Positions 1-9,766 of a DNA stretch of 64,000 nt are shown here, piece after piece. How positions within the stretch are numbered: position 1 is the stretch's first letter; each line of letters begins with the position of its first letter. Position numbers and translations under genes: made by a program. Source of the stretch: Pseudorhodoplanes sinuspersici (lineage in GTDB: Bacteria; Pseudomonadota; Alphaproteobacteria; Rhizobiales; Xanthobacteraceae); the NCBI GenBank assembly GCA_945878025.1, contig CAMDXM010000001.1, positions 2,109 to 66,108 on the forward strand, read 5' to 3'. Under the pieces are notes generated by a model. It was given only the letters and a program-made list of their open reading frames with translations. It was not told the origin of the DNA and searched no databases.

Positions 1-70
1 CGTTTCGGCCGGGCCGAATGCCCGGCATGTTATTCAGATGTCGGCCAGCCCGCAATTTTACCGTTCGCGA

Positions 71-301
71 TTACGCCTTGCGGATGCGGAATGTCAGCAA
101 TTCCCCGTCCTGCGTGGTCGATTCCAGCGCGTCGCCGGTCTCGCGGATGAGATTGGGAATATCGATCGCAGTCAGCGGATCGGTACATTCGGCGACAATG
201 ATGTCGCCCGCCGCGAGGCCGCCAAGCGCCTTGCGCACGCGCAAGGCCGGAAGCGGGCATTTCAGCCCGCGCAGGTTGATGGCTTTTTCGGTCATGTCCA
301 T
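71..301 (-). CDS. tusA: TusA/SirA family sulfurtransferase
   Basis: 76 aa with N-terminal LRGLKCPLP (CPxP) motif; lies beside Moco genes. Confidence 0.9.
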   Translation of the reverse strand: MDMTEKAINLRGLKCPLPALRVRKALGGLAAGDIIVAECTDPLTAIDIPNLIRETGDALESTTQDGELLTFRIRKA

Positions 302-396
302 AGCCGTAAACTATCGCCCGACACTGCCCGCGCCTTGACCGGCGCGTCAAGACGATGCGTGCTTGACCCGCGTTTTGCGCTTCGCCAGAACACGGC

Positions 397-1521
397 ATGG
401 TCTCGGATCATCAATCGCCGCAACGCATCGCGCGCCTTGCGCCGCTGCCGGACGTTTTTGCGTGGATCGATGCGAATGTCCACGCGGTCCCGCCGAGCGA
501 CGTGAGCCGCGAGGACGCCATCGGGCGAATTCTTGCTAAGGATATCGCGGCTTCGCACGCGATGCCGCCGAAATCCATTGCGCTGCGCGACGGATTCGCC
601 CTGCAATCCGAGGCGACCAGCGATGCGAGTTCCTACGCGCCCGCGGCGCTGCCGCAGGTTCCGGTTCGCGTCGATGCCGGCGACGCATTGCCGTCTGACA
701 CAGACTGTGTCGCCGCGCTCGAACAGATTGCGATCAAAGGCGACCGCGCCGAAGCGCTCTGCGTCATGGCTCCGGGGGAAGGCATATTGCCCGCCGGTGG
801 AGACGCGGGAGCGAACCAGGCGCTTCTTCGCGGCGGAAGAAAACTGCGCGCGCATGACGCTGCAATTCTTCGAATTGCAAATGTTTCCAGCGTGAGCGTC
901 CGCGCGCCGCGCATCCGTATCGTTCAGGCCGGTCCCGTGGACGATACGATCGTCGCTTCAGCCGCGGCCATGATCGCCGCAGCCATCGTCGCGGATGGTG
1001 GAACGGCAATGGATGGCGTGAACGGCTCTCTCGAATCCGCGCTTCAGAATAAGGACGCGGATGCCATTGTCGCAATCGGCGGAACCGGCGCAGGAAAAAA
1101 CGACGCATCGGTCACCACCTTGTCGCGCAGAGGCAGCGTCGCCTTTCACGGTATCGGCCTCAATCCCGGCGAGACGGCGGCCATCGGCGTGGCTGGCGGC
1201 AAACCGGTGCTGCTCGTGCCGGGCCGCATCGACGCGGCGCTTGCCTGCTGGCTGGCGCTCGGACGAAAAATTCTTGCGCGGCTGACTGGGGGCGGCGTGG
1301 AGAACGTCACGACGCCGCTGAAACTGATCCGCAAAATCACTTCGACCATCGGCATTGCCGATGTCATCCTGCTGACATCGCGCGGCGGCCAGGCCGAGCC
1401 GTTCGCCCGCGGATATTGGCCGATGCAGGCGATGACGCGAGCCGACAGCTATCTCATCGTGCCGCCGGAGAGCGAGGGCTTCGCCGCCGGCGCGACTGTC
1501 AATGCGAGTCCGCTGCCATGA
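397..1521 (+). CDS. MoeA-like molybdopterin-binding protein (divergent paralogue)
   Basis: MoeA-like layout (A.GRILA.DI, RDGFA, GE.I...G.D, FHGIGLNPG, C-terminal ADSYLIVP), but several canonical motifs are altered. Confidence 0.8.
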   Translation: MVSDHQSPQRIARLAPLPDVFAWIDANVHAVPPSDVSREDAIGRILAKDIAASHAMPPKSIALRDGFALQSEATSDASSYAPAALPQVPVRVDAGDALPSDTDCVAALEQIAIKGDRAEALCVMAPGEGILPAGGDAGANQALLRGGRKLRAHDAAILRIANVSSVSVRAPRIRIVQAGPVDDTIVASAAAMIAAAIVADGGTAMDGVNGSLESALQNKDADAIVAIGGTGAGKNDASVTTLSRRGSVAFHGIGLNPGETAAIGVAGGKPVLLVPGRIDAALACWLALGRKILARLTGGGVENVTTPLKLIRKITSTIGIADVILLTSRGGQAEPFARGYWPMQAMTRADSYLIVPPESEGFAAGATVNASPLP

Positions 1522-3494
1522 GCGGCGCGAAAGAATCCGAGCTTCTCGCCGCCATCCGGCGCGCGGCGCGCCAGGAGCAGTTCCTCGAAGTCGTGTCGCC
1601 GGAAGAAGCTCAAAAGCGTTTCGCCGCGCATCTCGATCTGTCGCCATTGTCGCTGGAAATTGTCGCTCTCGACTTGGCGCTCGGCCGCGCGCTCGCGCAT
1701 GACATCGCAGCGCCGCTCGACGTGCCGCCCTTCGACCGTTCGGGCGTCGATGGCTTCGCGCTGCGCGCCGAAGACATTGCCGGGGCGAGCGAAGCCTCAC
1801 CGTTGCGGCTTTGGCTCAATGCGGAAGTGATCGCCTGCGGCCACGCGCCAAGGATCGAAGTGGGACCTCAAACCGCGAGCACGATCGCGACCGGCGGCAT
1901 GCTGCCGCGCGGCGCCGACGCCGTGGTGATGATCGAACAGACCGAATTGATCGAGGACAAGGACGGCCTGTTCGTCGAATTGCGCCGCCCGACCGCCGCC
2001 GGACAATTCGTGTCCTATGCGGGCTCCGACATCGCGCGCGGCGAGACCTTGCTTCGCCACGGCACGCTGATCGGCTCGCGCGAAATCGGAATGCTCGCGG
2101 CCTGCGGTATCGCTTCGATCGATGTCGTGCGCAAACCGAAAGTGGCCGTGCTGTCGACCGGCGACGAACTGGTGCAGCCTGGACAGCAATTAAGACCTGC
2201 CGGGATTTACGACAGCAATGGCGCGATCGTCGCCGCCGCGGTCACCGAGGCCGGCGGGCTTCCGGTTGCGTATGGCGCTTTCGCGGACGACGAAAGGATT
2301 CTCGAAGCCGCGATGCGCCGCGCTCTGTCCGAATGCGACATGGCGATCCTGAGCGGCGGCACCTCCAAGGGCGCGGGGGATCTCTCGCACCGCGTGGTCT
2401 CGCAGCTCGGTCAACCGGGCGTGCTGGTGCATGGCGTTGCGCTCAAACCCGGCAAACCGCTCTGCCTCGCAGCCGTGGGAAAAAAACCGGTCGTGGTGCT
2501 GCCGGGATTCCCGACCTCCGCGATTTTCACCTTCCATGCCTTTGTCGCGCCGGTGATCCGCGCCTTCGCGGGCCTGGCCCCGGACGCGGCAAAATCCGTC
2601 ACCGCGAATGTTCCGGTGCGCATCGTATCGGAAATGGGGCGCAAGGAATTCGTGCTGGTGTCGCTGGTCGAGGGCGCGGACGGCGCCATCGCGTTCCCCT
2701 CGCCGAAAGGATCGGGCTCGGTAACCGCCTTTTCGCAAGCCGACGGATTTCTCGAGATCGACGCCCTCGCGAACACGCTCGATGCGGGCACGCCGGCGCG
2801 CGTCACTTTGATAGGCGAGTCGGCGCGCCCGCCCGATCTCGTTCTGACCGGCAGCCACGATGTCGCGCTCGATATCGTCGTCGGCGCGCTCGCCGAACGC
2901 GGATTTTCCGCGCGCACGATCGCTGTCGGCAGCCAGGGCGGTGTCGGCGCGGCGCAGCGCGGCGAATGCGATCTCGCGCCCGTGCATCTCGTCGATCCGA
3001 AAACCGGAATCTACAACGAGCATCTGCTGACACCCGGCATCTCTCTCGTGAAAGGCTGGCAGCGCATGCAGGGCTTTCTGTTTCGCCCCGGCGATACGCG
3101 CTTCGAAAGCAAGACCGCGGAGCAGGCGATGAAGACCGCGCTGGCCGATCCATCCTGCCTGATGGTCAACCGCAACGCCGGCGCTGGAACCCGCATCCTG
3201 ATCGACCGATTGCTGGAGGGACGCAAACCGAAGGGCTATGCGAACCAGCCGAAATCGCACAATGCGGTCGCAGCCAGCGTCGCGCAATCGCGCGCGGATT
3301 GGGGCATCGCCATCGCGCCGGTCGCGCGGCTCTATGACTTGAGATTCCTGCCCATCGCGCCCGAGCACTACGACTTCCTCCTGGTCGAGGCGCGCCGCCA
3401 GCGGCCCGCGGTGCAGGCGTTTCTGGCCGCATTGCAGGACGAGCGTACGCGCGAACGCATCCGCGCCATCGGCATGCAGCCTGCGACATCGTGA
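1518..3494 (+). CDS. moeA: MoeA fused to a C-terminal periplasmic-binding-protein-like (PBP/LysR-substrate-like) domain
   Basis: PPFDRSGVDGFA, SGGTS.G, LPGFP motifs; C-terminal GSHD...NRN.GAGTRIL..LL...SH..VA domain. Start moved to the ATG at 1518 (ATGA overlap with the upstream stop). Confidence 0.88.
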   Translation: MSGAKESELLAAIRRAARQEQFLEVVSPEEAQKRFAAHLDLSPLSLEIVALDLALGRALAHDIAAPLDVPPFDRSGVDGFALRAEDIAGASEASPLRLWLNAEVIACGHAPRIEVGPQTASTIATGGMLPRGADAVVMIEQTELIEDKDGLFVELRRPTAAGQFVSYAGSDIARGETLLRHGTLIGSREIGMLAACGIASIDVVRKPKVAVLSTGDELVQPGQQLRPAGIYDSNGAIVAAAVTEAGGLPVAYGAFADDERILEAAMRRALSECDMAILSGGTSKGAGDLSHRVVSQLGQPGVLVHGVALKPGKPLCLAAVGKKPVVVLPGFPTSAIFTFHAFVAPVIRAFAGLAPDAAKSVTANVPVRIVSEMGRKEFVLVSLVEGADGAIAFPSPKGSGSVTAFSQADGFLEIDALANTLDAGTPARVTLIGESARPPDLVLTGSHDVALDIVVGALAERGFSARTIAVGSQGGVGAAQRGECDLAPVHLVDPKTGIYNEHLLTPGISLVKGWQRMQGFLFRPGDTRFESKTAEQAMKTALADPSCLMVNRNAGAGTRILIDRLLEGRKPKGYANQPKSHNAVAASVAQSRADWGIAIAPVARLYDLRFLPIAPEHYDFLLVEARRQRPAVQAFLAALQDERTRERIRAIGMQPATS

Positions 3495-3584
3495 ACGCCA
3501 GGACACCCGCATGATCGGCGCCTTGCAATGGATTAAATCCGGCCGGCGACGGCAAACCGCCGACGGCTTTGCTATATAGAGCCC

Positions 3585-4112
3585 ATGCGCATCATCGGTC
3601 TCGCAGGCTGGAGCGGCTCCGGCAAAACAACGCTTCTCAGCAAGGTGATCCCGTGCATCGTGGCGAAGGGCAAACGCGTGTCCACGCTCAAGCATGCCCA
3701 TCACGGCTTCGACCTCGACCAGCCGGGCAAGGATTCGTATGCGCACCGGGCCGCGGGCGCGAGCGAAGTTCTGATCTCCTCTGCGAAACGCTGGGCGATC
3801 ATGCATGAATCGCGCGACGAGCCGGAGCCGCATCTGCGCGACCTGCTGGCCCGGTTGTCCACGACCGATCTCGTGATCGTGGAAGGCTACAAGCGCGAGC
3901 GAATCCCGAAACTCGAAATTTACCGGGCGGAAGTCGGCAAACCCATGCTGCATCTCGAGGACGACTGGATTGTCGCCATCGCGTCGGATGGTGCCTTGCC
4001 GCAGGCCAGCGTCCCGGTGGTGGACCTCAACGATATTGCGAAAATCGCCGATGTCCTGCTCGCGGAAGCCATCCCGGTCGAACGTCTCGACTTGTCCGCG
4101 CCGGTGACGTGA
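3585..4112 (+). CDS. mobB: Molybdopterin-guanine dinucleotide biosynthesis protein B
   Basis: GWSGSGKTT P-loop, KHAHH.FD.D..GKDS, DLVIVEGYK. Confidence 0.95.
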   Translation: MRIIGLAGWSGSGKTTLLSKVIPCIVAKGKRVSTLKHAHHGFDLDQPGKDSYAHRAAGASEVLISSAKRWAIMHESRDEPEPHLRDLLARLSTTDLVIVEGYKRERIPKLEIYRAEVGKPMLHLEDDWIVAIASDGALPQASVPVVDLNDIAKIADVLLAEAIPVERLDLSAPVT

Positions 4113-5365
4113 TGGCGCAGCTGACCGACGACTGCTTTGCATTCTCCGGTCCTCTGCTTGCGGTCGAGGATGCCGCGAAACTGATGGCCGAACAGGTCCC
4201 GGCGATCCCGGACACAGAGATCGTTCCGCTCAGCGATGCCTTGGGGCGCGTCGTCACCGGCAACATTAATGCGCCGGTTTCGCTTCCGCCTTTCGACAAT
4301 TCCGCCGTCGACGGCTACGCCGTGCGCCACGCCGACATTGCAGCGTCGGGCGAGACAGCGCTCACCGTCGCCGGCCGCGCCGCGGCCGGCGCGTCGGCGT
4401 CACGGCCGCTTGGCGCGGGCGAAGCACTCCGCATCTTCACGGGCGCGCCGATGCCGGCGGGAGCCGATACCGTTTACATGCAGGAAGACTGCAGGCTGGA
4501 GGGCGGGAGCGTCATCCTCCCCGCCGGCCTGAAATCCGGCGCCAACCGCCGGCTTGCGGGTGAGGACGTCGCGGCGGGAACGATCGCACTCGCGGCCGGA
4601 CGGCGTCTGTCTCCCGCGGATGTGGCGCTGGCCGCGGCTTTGGGCCTCGATCGCCTGACGGTCCGGCGGCGCGTGCGGGTGGCGCTGTTTTCGACCGGGG
4701 ACGAGATCGTCGAGCCGGGCTCGCCTTTGCCGGCCGCTTCTCTCTACGATTCCAACCGCTATCTGCTGCTCGGCATGCTGGCCCGCCTCGGCGCGCAGAC
4801 GACCGATCTTGGAATTCTTCGCGACGATCCGGCGACCTTGGGCAAGGCGATCGCGGACGCCGCGGCGAATCACGATCTCGTTCTGACCTCGGGCGGCGTT
4901 TCGACCGGCGAAGCCGACCACGTCAAGAACGCCGTCGAAAAAATCGGCAAGCTCGTATTCTGGCGGCTCGCGATCAAGCCGGGACGCCCGGTGGCGATGG
5001 GTGTGGTGAAGGGCGCGGCCTTTGTCGGCATGCCGGGAAATCCGGTCGCCGTGTTCGTGACCTTCATCAACGTGGTGCGGCCGCTGATCCTGCGCTTATC
5101 GAACGCGGACGCGGAGCCGCTCACTCCGTTTCCGGCGCGCGCGGTCTTTCATCATGAGAAGAAAGAAGGCCGCCTCGAATATGTGCGCGTGACGGCGCGC
5201 ATCGCCGGTGGCGTAACCGAAGTCGACAAGCATCCGCTCGAAGGCGCGGGCCTCATCACAAGCCTCACGCGCACCACCGGCCTCGCCGTTCTCCTGCCGC
5301 ATATTCGCAAGATCGCGCCCGGCGACAATGTCGGCTATCTGCCCTATTCCGCCGTGCTCGGCTGA
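4112..5365 (+). CDS. moeA: Molybdopterin molybdotransferase (gephyrin-like)
   Basis: PPFDNSAVDGYA, IFTGAPMP.GAD, STGDE, SGGVS.G, GMPGNP; TGATG overlap with mobB. Confidence 0.95.
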   Translation: MAQLTDDCFAFSGPLLAVEDAAKLMAEQVPAIPDTEIVPLSDALGRVVTGNINAPVSLPPFDNSAVDGYAVRHADIAASGETALTVAGRAAAGASASRPLGAGEALRIFTGAPMPAGADTVYMQEDCRLEGGSVILPAGLKSGANRRLAGEDVAAGTIALAAGRRLSPADVALAAALGLDRLTVRRRVRVALFSTGDEIVEPGSPLPAASLYDSNRYLLLGMLARLGAQTTDLGILRDDPATLGKAIADAAANHDLVLTSGGVSTGEADHVKNAVEKIGKLVFWRLAIKPGRPVAMGVVKGAAFVGMPGNPVAVFVTFINVVRPLILRLSNADAEPLTPFPARAVFHHEKKEGRLEYVRVTARIAGGVTEVDKHPLEGAGLITSLTRTTGLAVLLPHIRKIAPGDNVGYLPYSAVLG

Positions 5366-5383
5366 TCGGCATCCTTCGGCATT

Positions 5384-6016
5384 TCAGATGTCGCGATATT
5401 GCCCGGCGAGCGCGGCGGCGCGATCGCGATCCTCGGGCGTATTCACATTGAAAAACGGATCGACGGGGGTATCCGGCCATTCCGCAATCGCAACCCCGTG
5501 CCGCGCGGTCCAGACCTCGATCTTGTGCAGGTCTTCGTTCACCAGCGCATGACGGAGATCCGCGCGCAGCGAGACCGGCCACAAGCCGATCACCGGGTGC
5601 CGCCAGTCGCCCGACTTGGCGCAGCTCAGCATCCGGTTTTCGGCGATGCGCGCGGCGTGCAGGCGGCCGACCATGTCTTTCGGCAGAAACGGGCAATCGC
5701 CCGGCACGCTGACCACCCATTCGATGGCGGACATATTCGCCGCAGCCCAGTCGAGCGCGGCGAGAATGCCCGCCAGCGGGCCTGCAAAATCCGGAACATC
5801 GTCCGGGATCACCGGCAGGCCATACGGCGAAAATCGCCGCGGATCGCCATTGGCATTGAGCACGATCCCGCTGCATTGCGGACGCAGCCGCGCCAGCACG
5901 CGTTCGAGGATAGTGACGCCGCCGATCTCGATCAGCGCCTTGTCGCCGCCGCCCATGCGGCGCGCGAGGCCGCCGGCGAGAACGAGGCCGAGCGTCGGCG
6001 GATGATCAGTCGTCAT
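5384..6016 (-). CDS. mobA: Molybdenum cofactor guanylyltransferase
   Basis: LAGG.ARRMGGGDK, GPLAG, DCPFLP, FFNVNTPED; start set at MTTDHPP (6016), overlapping the fdhD end. Confidence 0.95.
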   Translation of the reverse strand: MTTDHPPTLGLVLAGGLARRMGGGDKALIEIGGVTILERVLARLRPQCSGIVLNANGDPRRFSPYGLPVIPDDVPDFAGPLAGILAALDWAAANMSAIEWVVSVPGDCPFLPKDMVGRLHAARIAENRMLSCAKSGDWRHPVIGLWPVSLRADLRHALVNEDLHKIEVWTARHGVAIAEWPDTPVDPFFNVNTPEDRDRAAALAGQYRDI

Positions 6017-6905
6017 GCACCGCCGCTTTGCGCCGGTGCTTCGTGCTCTCCTCCTCGACATAATCGAGGTCCTGGTCGAACACGATGCGCTCGATGCCGG
6101 CAAGCGCCACGAACCGCTTGCCGCGGGCGCGGCCGATCAGCGTGAGATTGGCCTTGCGGGCGAGCTCCACGCCCCAGGCGGTGAAGCCGGAGCGCGAGAC
6201 GAGAATCGGAATGCCCATGCGCACGGTCTTGATCACCATTTCGGAGGTGAGACGGCCGGTGGTGTAGAAAATCTTGTCGCTCGCCGATACTTTTTCCTTG
6301 AACATCCAGCCCGCGATCTTGTCGACCGCGTTGTGGCGGCCGACGTCTTCCATATAGACGAGGGCGCGGTCTTCCTTCGCCAGCACGCAGCCATGAATGG
6401 CGCCGGCTTCGAGATAGAGCGACGGCGTGGTGTTGATCGTCTGCGTCAGCGCATAAAGCCACGAGGTGCGGAATTCCGTCGACGGCAGCGACACGCCGTC
6501 GAGCGCCTCCATCAGATCGCCGAACACGGTGCCCTGCGCGCAGCCCGAGGTCTGCACGCGCTTCTTCATCTTCTGCTCGTAATCGGTCGCGCGTTCGGTA
6601 CGCACCACGACCACGCTCAATTCCTCGTCGTAATCGACGCCGGTGACCTTGTCGTCCGGCTGCAGCATGCCCTGATTGAGCAGATATCCGGTCGCGAGAT
6701 AGTCCGGATGATCGGCGATGGTCATCGCGGTCACGATCTCCTGCGAATTGAGGAAGATCGTGAGCGCGCGCTCGACGGTCACCAATGTCTCGATGGGCGC
6801 GCCGGTCTGGTCGACGCCTGAGACACGCTCGGTCAGCCGCGGATCGTGCGGATCTGGCTTGAGCAGATAATCGTCGCGCGCGCGCGCCATCCCGTTTTTG
6901 CTCAT
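6006..6905 (-). CDS. fdhD: Formate dehydrogenase accessory sulfurtransferase
   Basis: SGCAQG, TGAIHGC-like [28 protein letters not shown]; start set at the ATG at 6905, overlapping the ybaB stop (ATGA). Confidence 0.93.
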   Translation of the reverse strand: MSKNGMARARDDYLLKPDPHDPRLTERVSGVDQTGAPIETLVTVERALTIFLNSQEIVTAMTIADHPDYLATGYLLNQGMLQPDDKVTGVDYDEELSVVVVRTERATDYEQKMKKRVQTSGCAQGTVFGDLMEALDGVSLPSTEFRTSWLYALTQTINTTPSLYLEAGAIHGCVLAKEDRALVYMEDVGRHNAVDKIAGWMFKEKVSASDKIFYTTGRLTSEMVIKTVRMGIPILVSRSGFTAWGVELARKANLTLIGRARGKRFVALAGIERIVFDQDLDYVEEESTKHRRKAAVHDD

Positions 6906-7225
6906 CCAAACAGATTGAGGCCGGGCGGAAGCGGCAGGCCGCCGGTCAATTGCTTCATCTTTTCGGCCATCACGCCTTCGGATTTCTTCCTGGCGTCGGC
7001 ATGGGCGGCGACCAGAAGATCCTCGAGAATCTCTTTCTCGTCGGCCTTCATCAGCGACGCATCGATCCGCACGCCTTTCATGTCGCCTTTTGCGGTCAGG
7101 GTTACGCCGACCACCCCGCCGCCGGCGACACCCTCGACCTCGATGGTGTCGAGTTCGGCCTGCAGCGCCTTCATCTTGGCCTGAAGCTGCGCCGCCTGTT
7201 TCATCATTCCCATCAAGTCGGCCAT
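6902..7225 (-). CDS. ybaB: YbaB/EbfC nucleoid-associated protein
   Basis: MKQA..LQ.KM, GGG.V, D.EILEDL..AA; directly downstream of dnaX. Confidence 0.95.
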   Translation of the reverse strand: MADLMGMMKQAAQLQAKMKALQAELDTIEVEGVAGGGVVGVTLTAKGDMKGVRIDASLMKADEKEILEDLLVAAHADARKKSEGVMAEKMKQLTGGLPLPPGLNLFG

Positions 7226-7234
7226 AGGTCCTTC

Positions 7235-9052
7235 TCAATCGTTCTCGGATTCGGGAGCGGGCATGGTCTCGTCATCGCCCGCGGGTCTTGCCTCTGTGTC
7301 GCCGCGCACGGCCACGATCTCCGCGCCCGGAAAGCGGTCGAGCACCGCCTGCACCAGCGGGTCGGCGCGCACGCCGCGCTTGCGCTCGGCGTCCTGCGCA
7401 TCGGCTTGCGCCTTGAGCGTCGATGCTCCGGCCTCGCGCGACACGATCACCATCCATTGGCGGCCGGTCCAGGCCGACAGCTTGCGCGACAATTCGTTGA
7501 CCAGCGTTTTGGTTGCGCCCGGCTCGAGCGCGATTTCGAGCTTGCCGTCCTCGCAATGCACGAGCCGCATGTCGCGTTCGAGCGCGGCCTTCATTTGCAG
7601 GTCGCGCTTGTCCGCCGCCAACGCCACCAGATCCTCGAAACGGCCGATCCGCAGAGCGGCGGTTTCCGGCGCGCCATCGGGCAAGCGCGCAACCGGGCTT
7701 GCGGCCGGCGACAGGGCCGCACGCGGCGCACCGCGTGGCGCGTCGAGCCGGGGCGCCGCCGCGCCCGTCACGTTCGGCATGGCGCCGCCACCGTTGCCAA
7801 TATTGCCATTTTGCGGACGCGTACCGGCCGACGCCGAGCCGTTTCCAATCGAACGCACCACTTCATCCGGCGTCGGCAAATCGGCCGCATAGGCGATGCG
7901 CACCAGCACCATCTCGGCGGCGGCGACCGGACGGCCGGCGGCCTGCACTTCGGCGATGCCTTTGAGCAGCATCTGCCAGGTGCGCGACAGAACGCGCATC
8001 GACAATGTGGCCGCGAAAGCGCGCCCGCGCACCCGCTCGGCTTCCGCGAGCGAGAGGTCGTCGGCGACCGCTGGAACGATTTTCACGCGCGTCACAAAAT
8101 GTGTGAATTCGGCGAGGTCGGTCAGGATCACCGCCGGGTCCGCGCCGGAATCGTATTGATCGCGCAATTCGGCGAGCGCCGCCGCGATGTCGCCGCGCAA
8201 GAGCGCGTCGAACAGATCGACCACGCGCGCGCGATCGGCAAGTCCCAGCATCTGCCGCACATGCTCGGCTTTCACCGGTCCCGCCGCATGCGCGATGGCT
8301 TGATCGAATAATGAAAGTGAGTCGCGCACCGAACCTTCCGCGGCGCGCGCGATCAGCGCCAAGGCTGCCGGCTCGACGGAGATGTTTTCTTTTCCGGCGA
8401 TGTTCCCGAGATGCTCCACAAGCATGCCCGCCTCGACGCGGCGCAGATCAAAGCGCTGGCAGCGCGACAGCACCGTGATCGGCACCTTGCGGATTTCGGT
8501 CGTGGCGAAGACGAATTTCGCGTGCGGCGGCGGCTCTTCCAGCGTTTTCAAAAGCGCGTTGAATGCCGCGGGCGACAGCATGTGCACTTCGTCGAGGATA
8601 TAAACTTTATAGCGCGCACTCACCGGCGCGTAGCGCACGGCGTCGTTGATCTGGCGGACATCATCGACACTGTTGTGGGACGCGGCGTCCATTTCCAGAA
8701 CGTCGATATGCCGGCTTTCCATGATCGCCTGGCAATTCACGCCAAGCGCCGGCATCGAAATGGTTGGGCCGGGTATCGATCCGTCCGGCAATTGGTAATT
8801 CAGCGCGCGCGCGAGAATGCGCGCGGTCGTGGTCTTGCCGACCCCGCGCACGCCGGTGAGAATCCAAGCCTGCGGAATGCGTCCGGTTTCGAACGCGTTC
8901 GAGACGGTGCGGACCATCGCGTCCTGCCCGATCAGATCGTCGAATGTGGCGGGGCGGTATTTGCGCGCAAGAACGCGGTATACGGCGGAATCGGAGCCAG
9001 CCGGCGCGGCCGGACCGGAACTTTCGCGCGAACGGCTCTTGGCGTCGCTCAT
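7235..9052 (-). CDS. dnaX: DNA polymerase III subunit gamma/tau
   Basis: VLARKYRP..F.DLIGQ, GVRGVGKTT, DAAS, DEVHMLS, SRCQRF; start set at MSDAK (9052). Confidence 0.97.
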   Translation of the reverse strand: MSDAKSRSRESSGPAAPAGSDSAVYRVLARKYRPATFDDLIGQDAMVRTVSNAFETGRIPQAWILTGVRGVGKTTTARILARALNYQLPDGSIPGPTISMPALGVNCQAIMESRHIDVLEMDAASHNSVDDVRQINDAVRYAPVSARYKVYILDEVHMLSPAAFNALLKTLEEPPPHAKFVFATTEIRKVPITVLSRCQRFDLRRVEAGMLVEHLGNIAGKENISVEPAALALIARAAEGSVRDSLSLFDQAIAHAAGPVKAEHVRQMLGLADRARVVDLFDALLRGDIAAALAELRDQYDSGADPAVILTDLAEFTHFVTRVKIVPAVADDLSLAEAERVRGRAFAATLSMRVLSRTWQMLLKGIAEVQAAGRPVAAAEMVLVRIAYAADLPTPDEVVRSIGNGSASAGTRPQNGNIGNGGGAMPNVTGAAAPRLDAPRGAPRAALSPAASPVARLPDGAPETAALRIGRFEDLVALAADKRDLQMKAALERDMRLVHCEDGKLEIALEPGATKTLVNELSRKLSAWTGRQWMVIVSREAGASTLKAQADAQDAERKRGVRADPLVQAVLDRFPGAEIVAVRGDTEARPAGDDETMPAPESEND

Positions 9053-9132
9053 CCTGCCTCCGGCGCCGCGTGATCTTGATTTTTGGGTGCCGGGCGGCGC
9101 GGTCCGCACATTCCGCAAAAAAATACAAAGGT

Positions 9133-9228
9133 GGGAGGCTGACGAGCGACCCGAACCGGAGCTCGTTAGGGCTGCTTCCTTCCGGACCTGACCCGGTTGG
9201 CGAGTGGCTCGTCCACCGCCAACCTCCC
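9133..9228 (-). ncRNA. ffs: Signal recognition particle 4.5S RNA
   Basis: Minus strand contains the conserved domain IV GGTCAGGTCCGGAAGGAAGCAGCC, closed by GGGAGG/CCTCCC; canonical position upstream of dnaX. Confidence 0.97.
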
Positions 9229-9234
9229 GAAACC

Positions 9235-9263
9235 TATATCGGGCCTAAAAAGCGGGAAAGCAA
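9235..9263 (-). promoter_or_regulatory. Putative sigma70 promoter of ffs
   Basis: Minus strand TTGCTT-17nt-GATATA, ending 7 nt before the ffs 5' end. Confidence 0.65.
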
Positions 9264-9320
9264 GCGCAGCGGCCAATAGACGTGCTAGGGTGAAAGTCTT
9301 GTGATCACTCAGGTTTCCTC

Positions 9321-9746
9321 ATGAATATGCTTTCGCCGGCCTGGTCGCTGCATCCACAGCTGGAACGTGACACGACCCCGCTCGGCGACCTGCCTTTGTC
9401 GCGCGTATTGGTCATCAACGACGCCAATTATCCATGGCTGCTATTGGTTCCGCGCAGGTATGGCGCCGTGGAGGTGATCGATCTCGACGAGGTCGAACGC
9501 GCGCAATTGATGACCGAAATCGCGCTGGTCTCCCGCGTGCTCAAGGATGTGACCGAATGCGACAAGCTCAATGTCGCGGCCTTGGGCAATGCGGTGCCGC
9601 AACTGCATGTGCACGTGATCGCACGCCGCAAGACCGACAAGGCATGGCCGAAGCCGGTCTGGGGGGCGATCCCATCGCTCCCGCACGACGCCAAGGAGCT
9701 TGACCGCTTCATGGATGCCATGAAGAACAAGCTCTGGGTCTCCTGA
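9321..9746 (+). CDS. HIT family protein
   Basis: KLNVAALGN.VPQLHVHVIAR variant HIT motif. Confidence 0.9.
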   Translation: MNMLSPAWSLHPQLERDTTPLGDLPLSRVLVINDANYPWLLLVPRRYGAVEVIDLDEVERAQLMTEIALVSRVLKDVTECDKLNVAALGNAVPQLHVHVIARRKTDKAWPKPVWGAIPSLPHDAKELDRFMDAMKNKLWVS

Positions 9747-9766
9747 AAAGCCGAAACGTCCTTGCA

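Noticed and set aside
9580-9630. HIT protein with QLHVHVI instead of HxHxH
   Set aside because: This variant is, to my knowledge, typical of a widespread proteobacterial HIT subfamily, so not locus-specific
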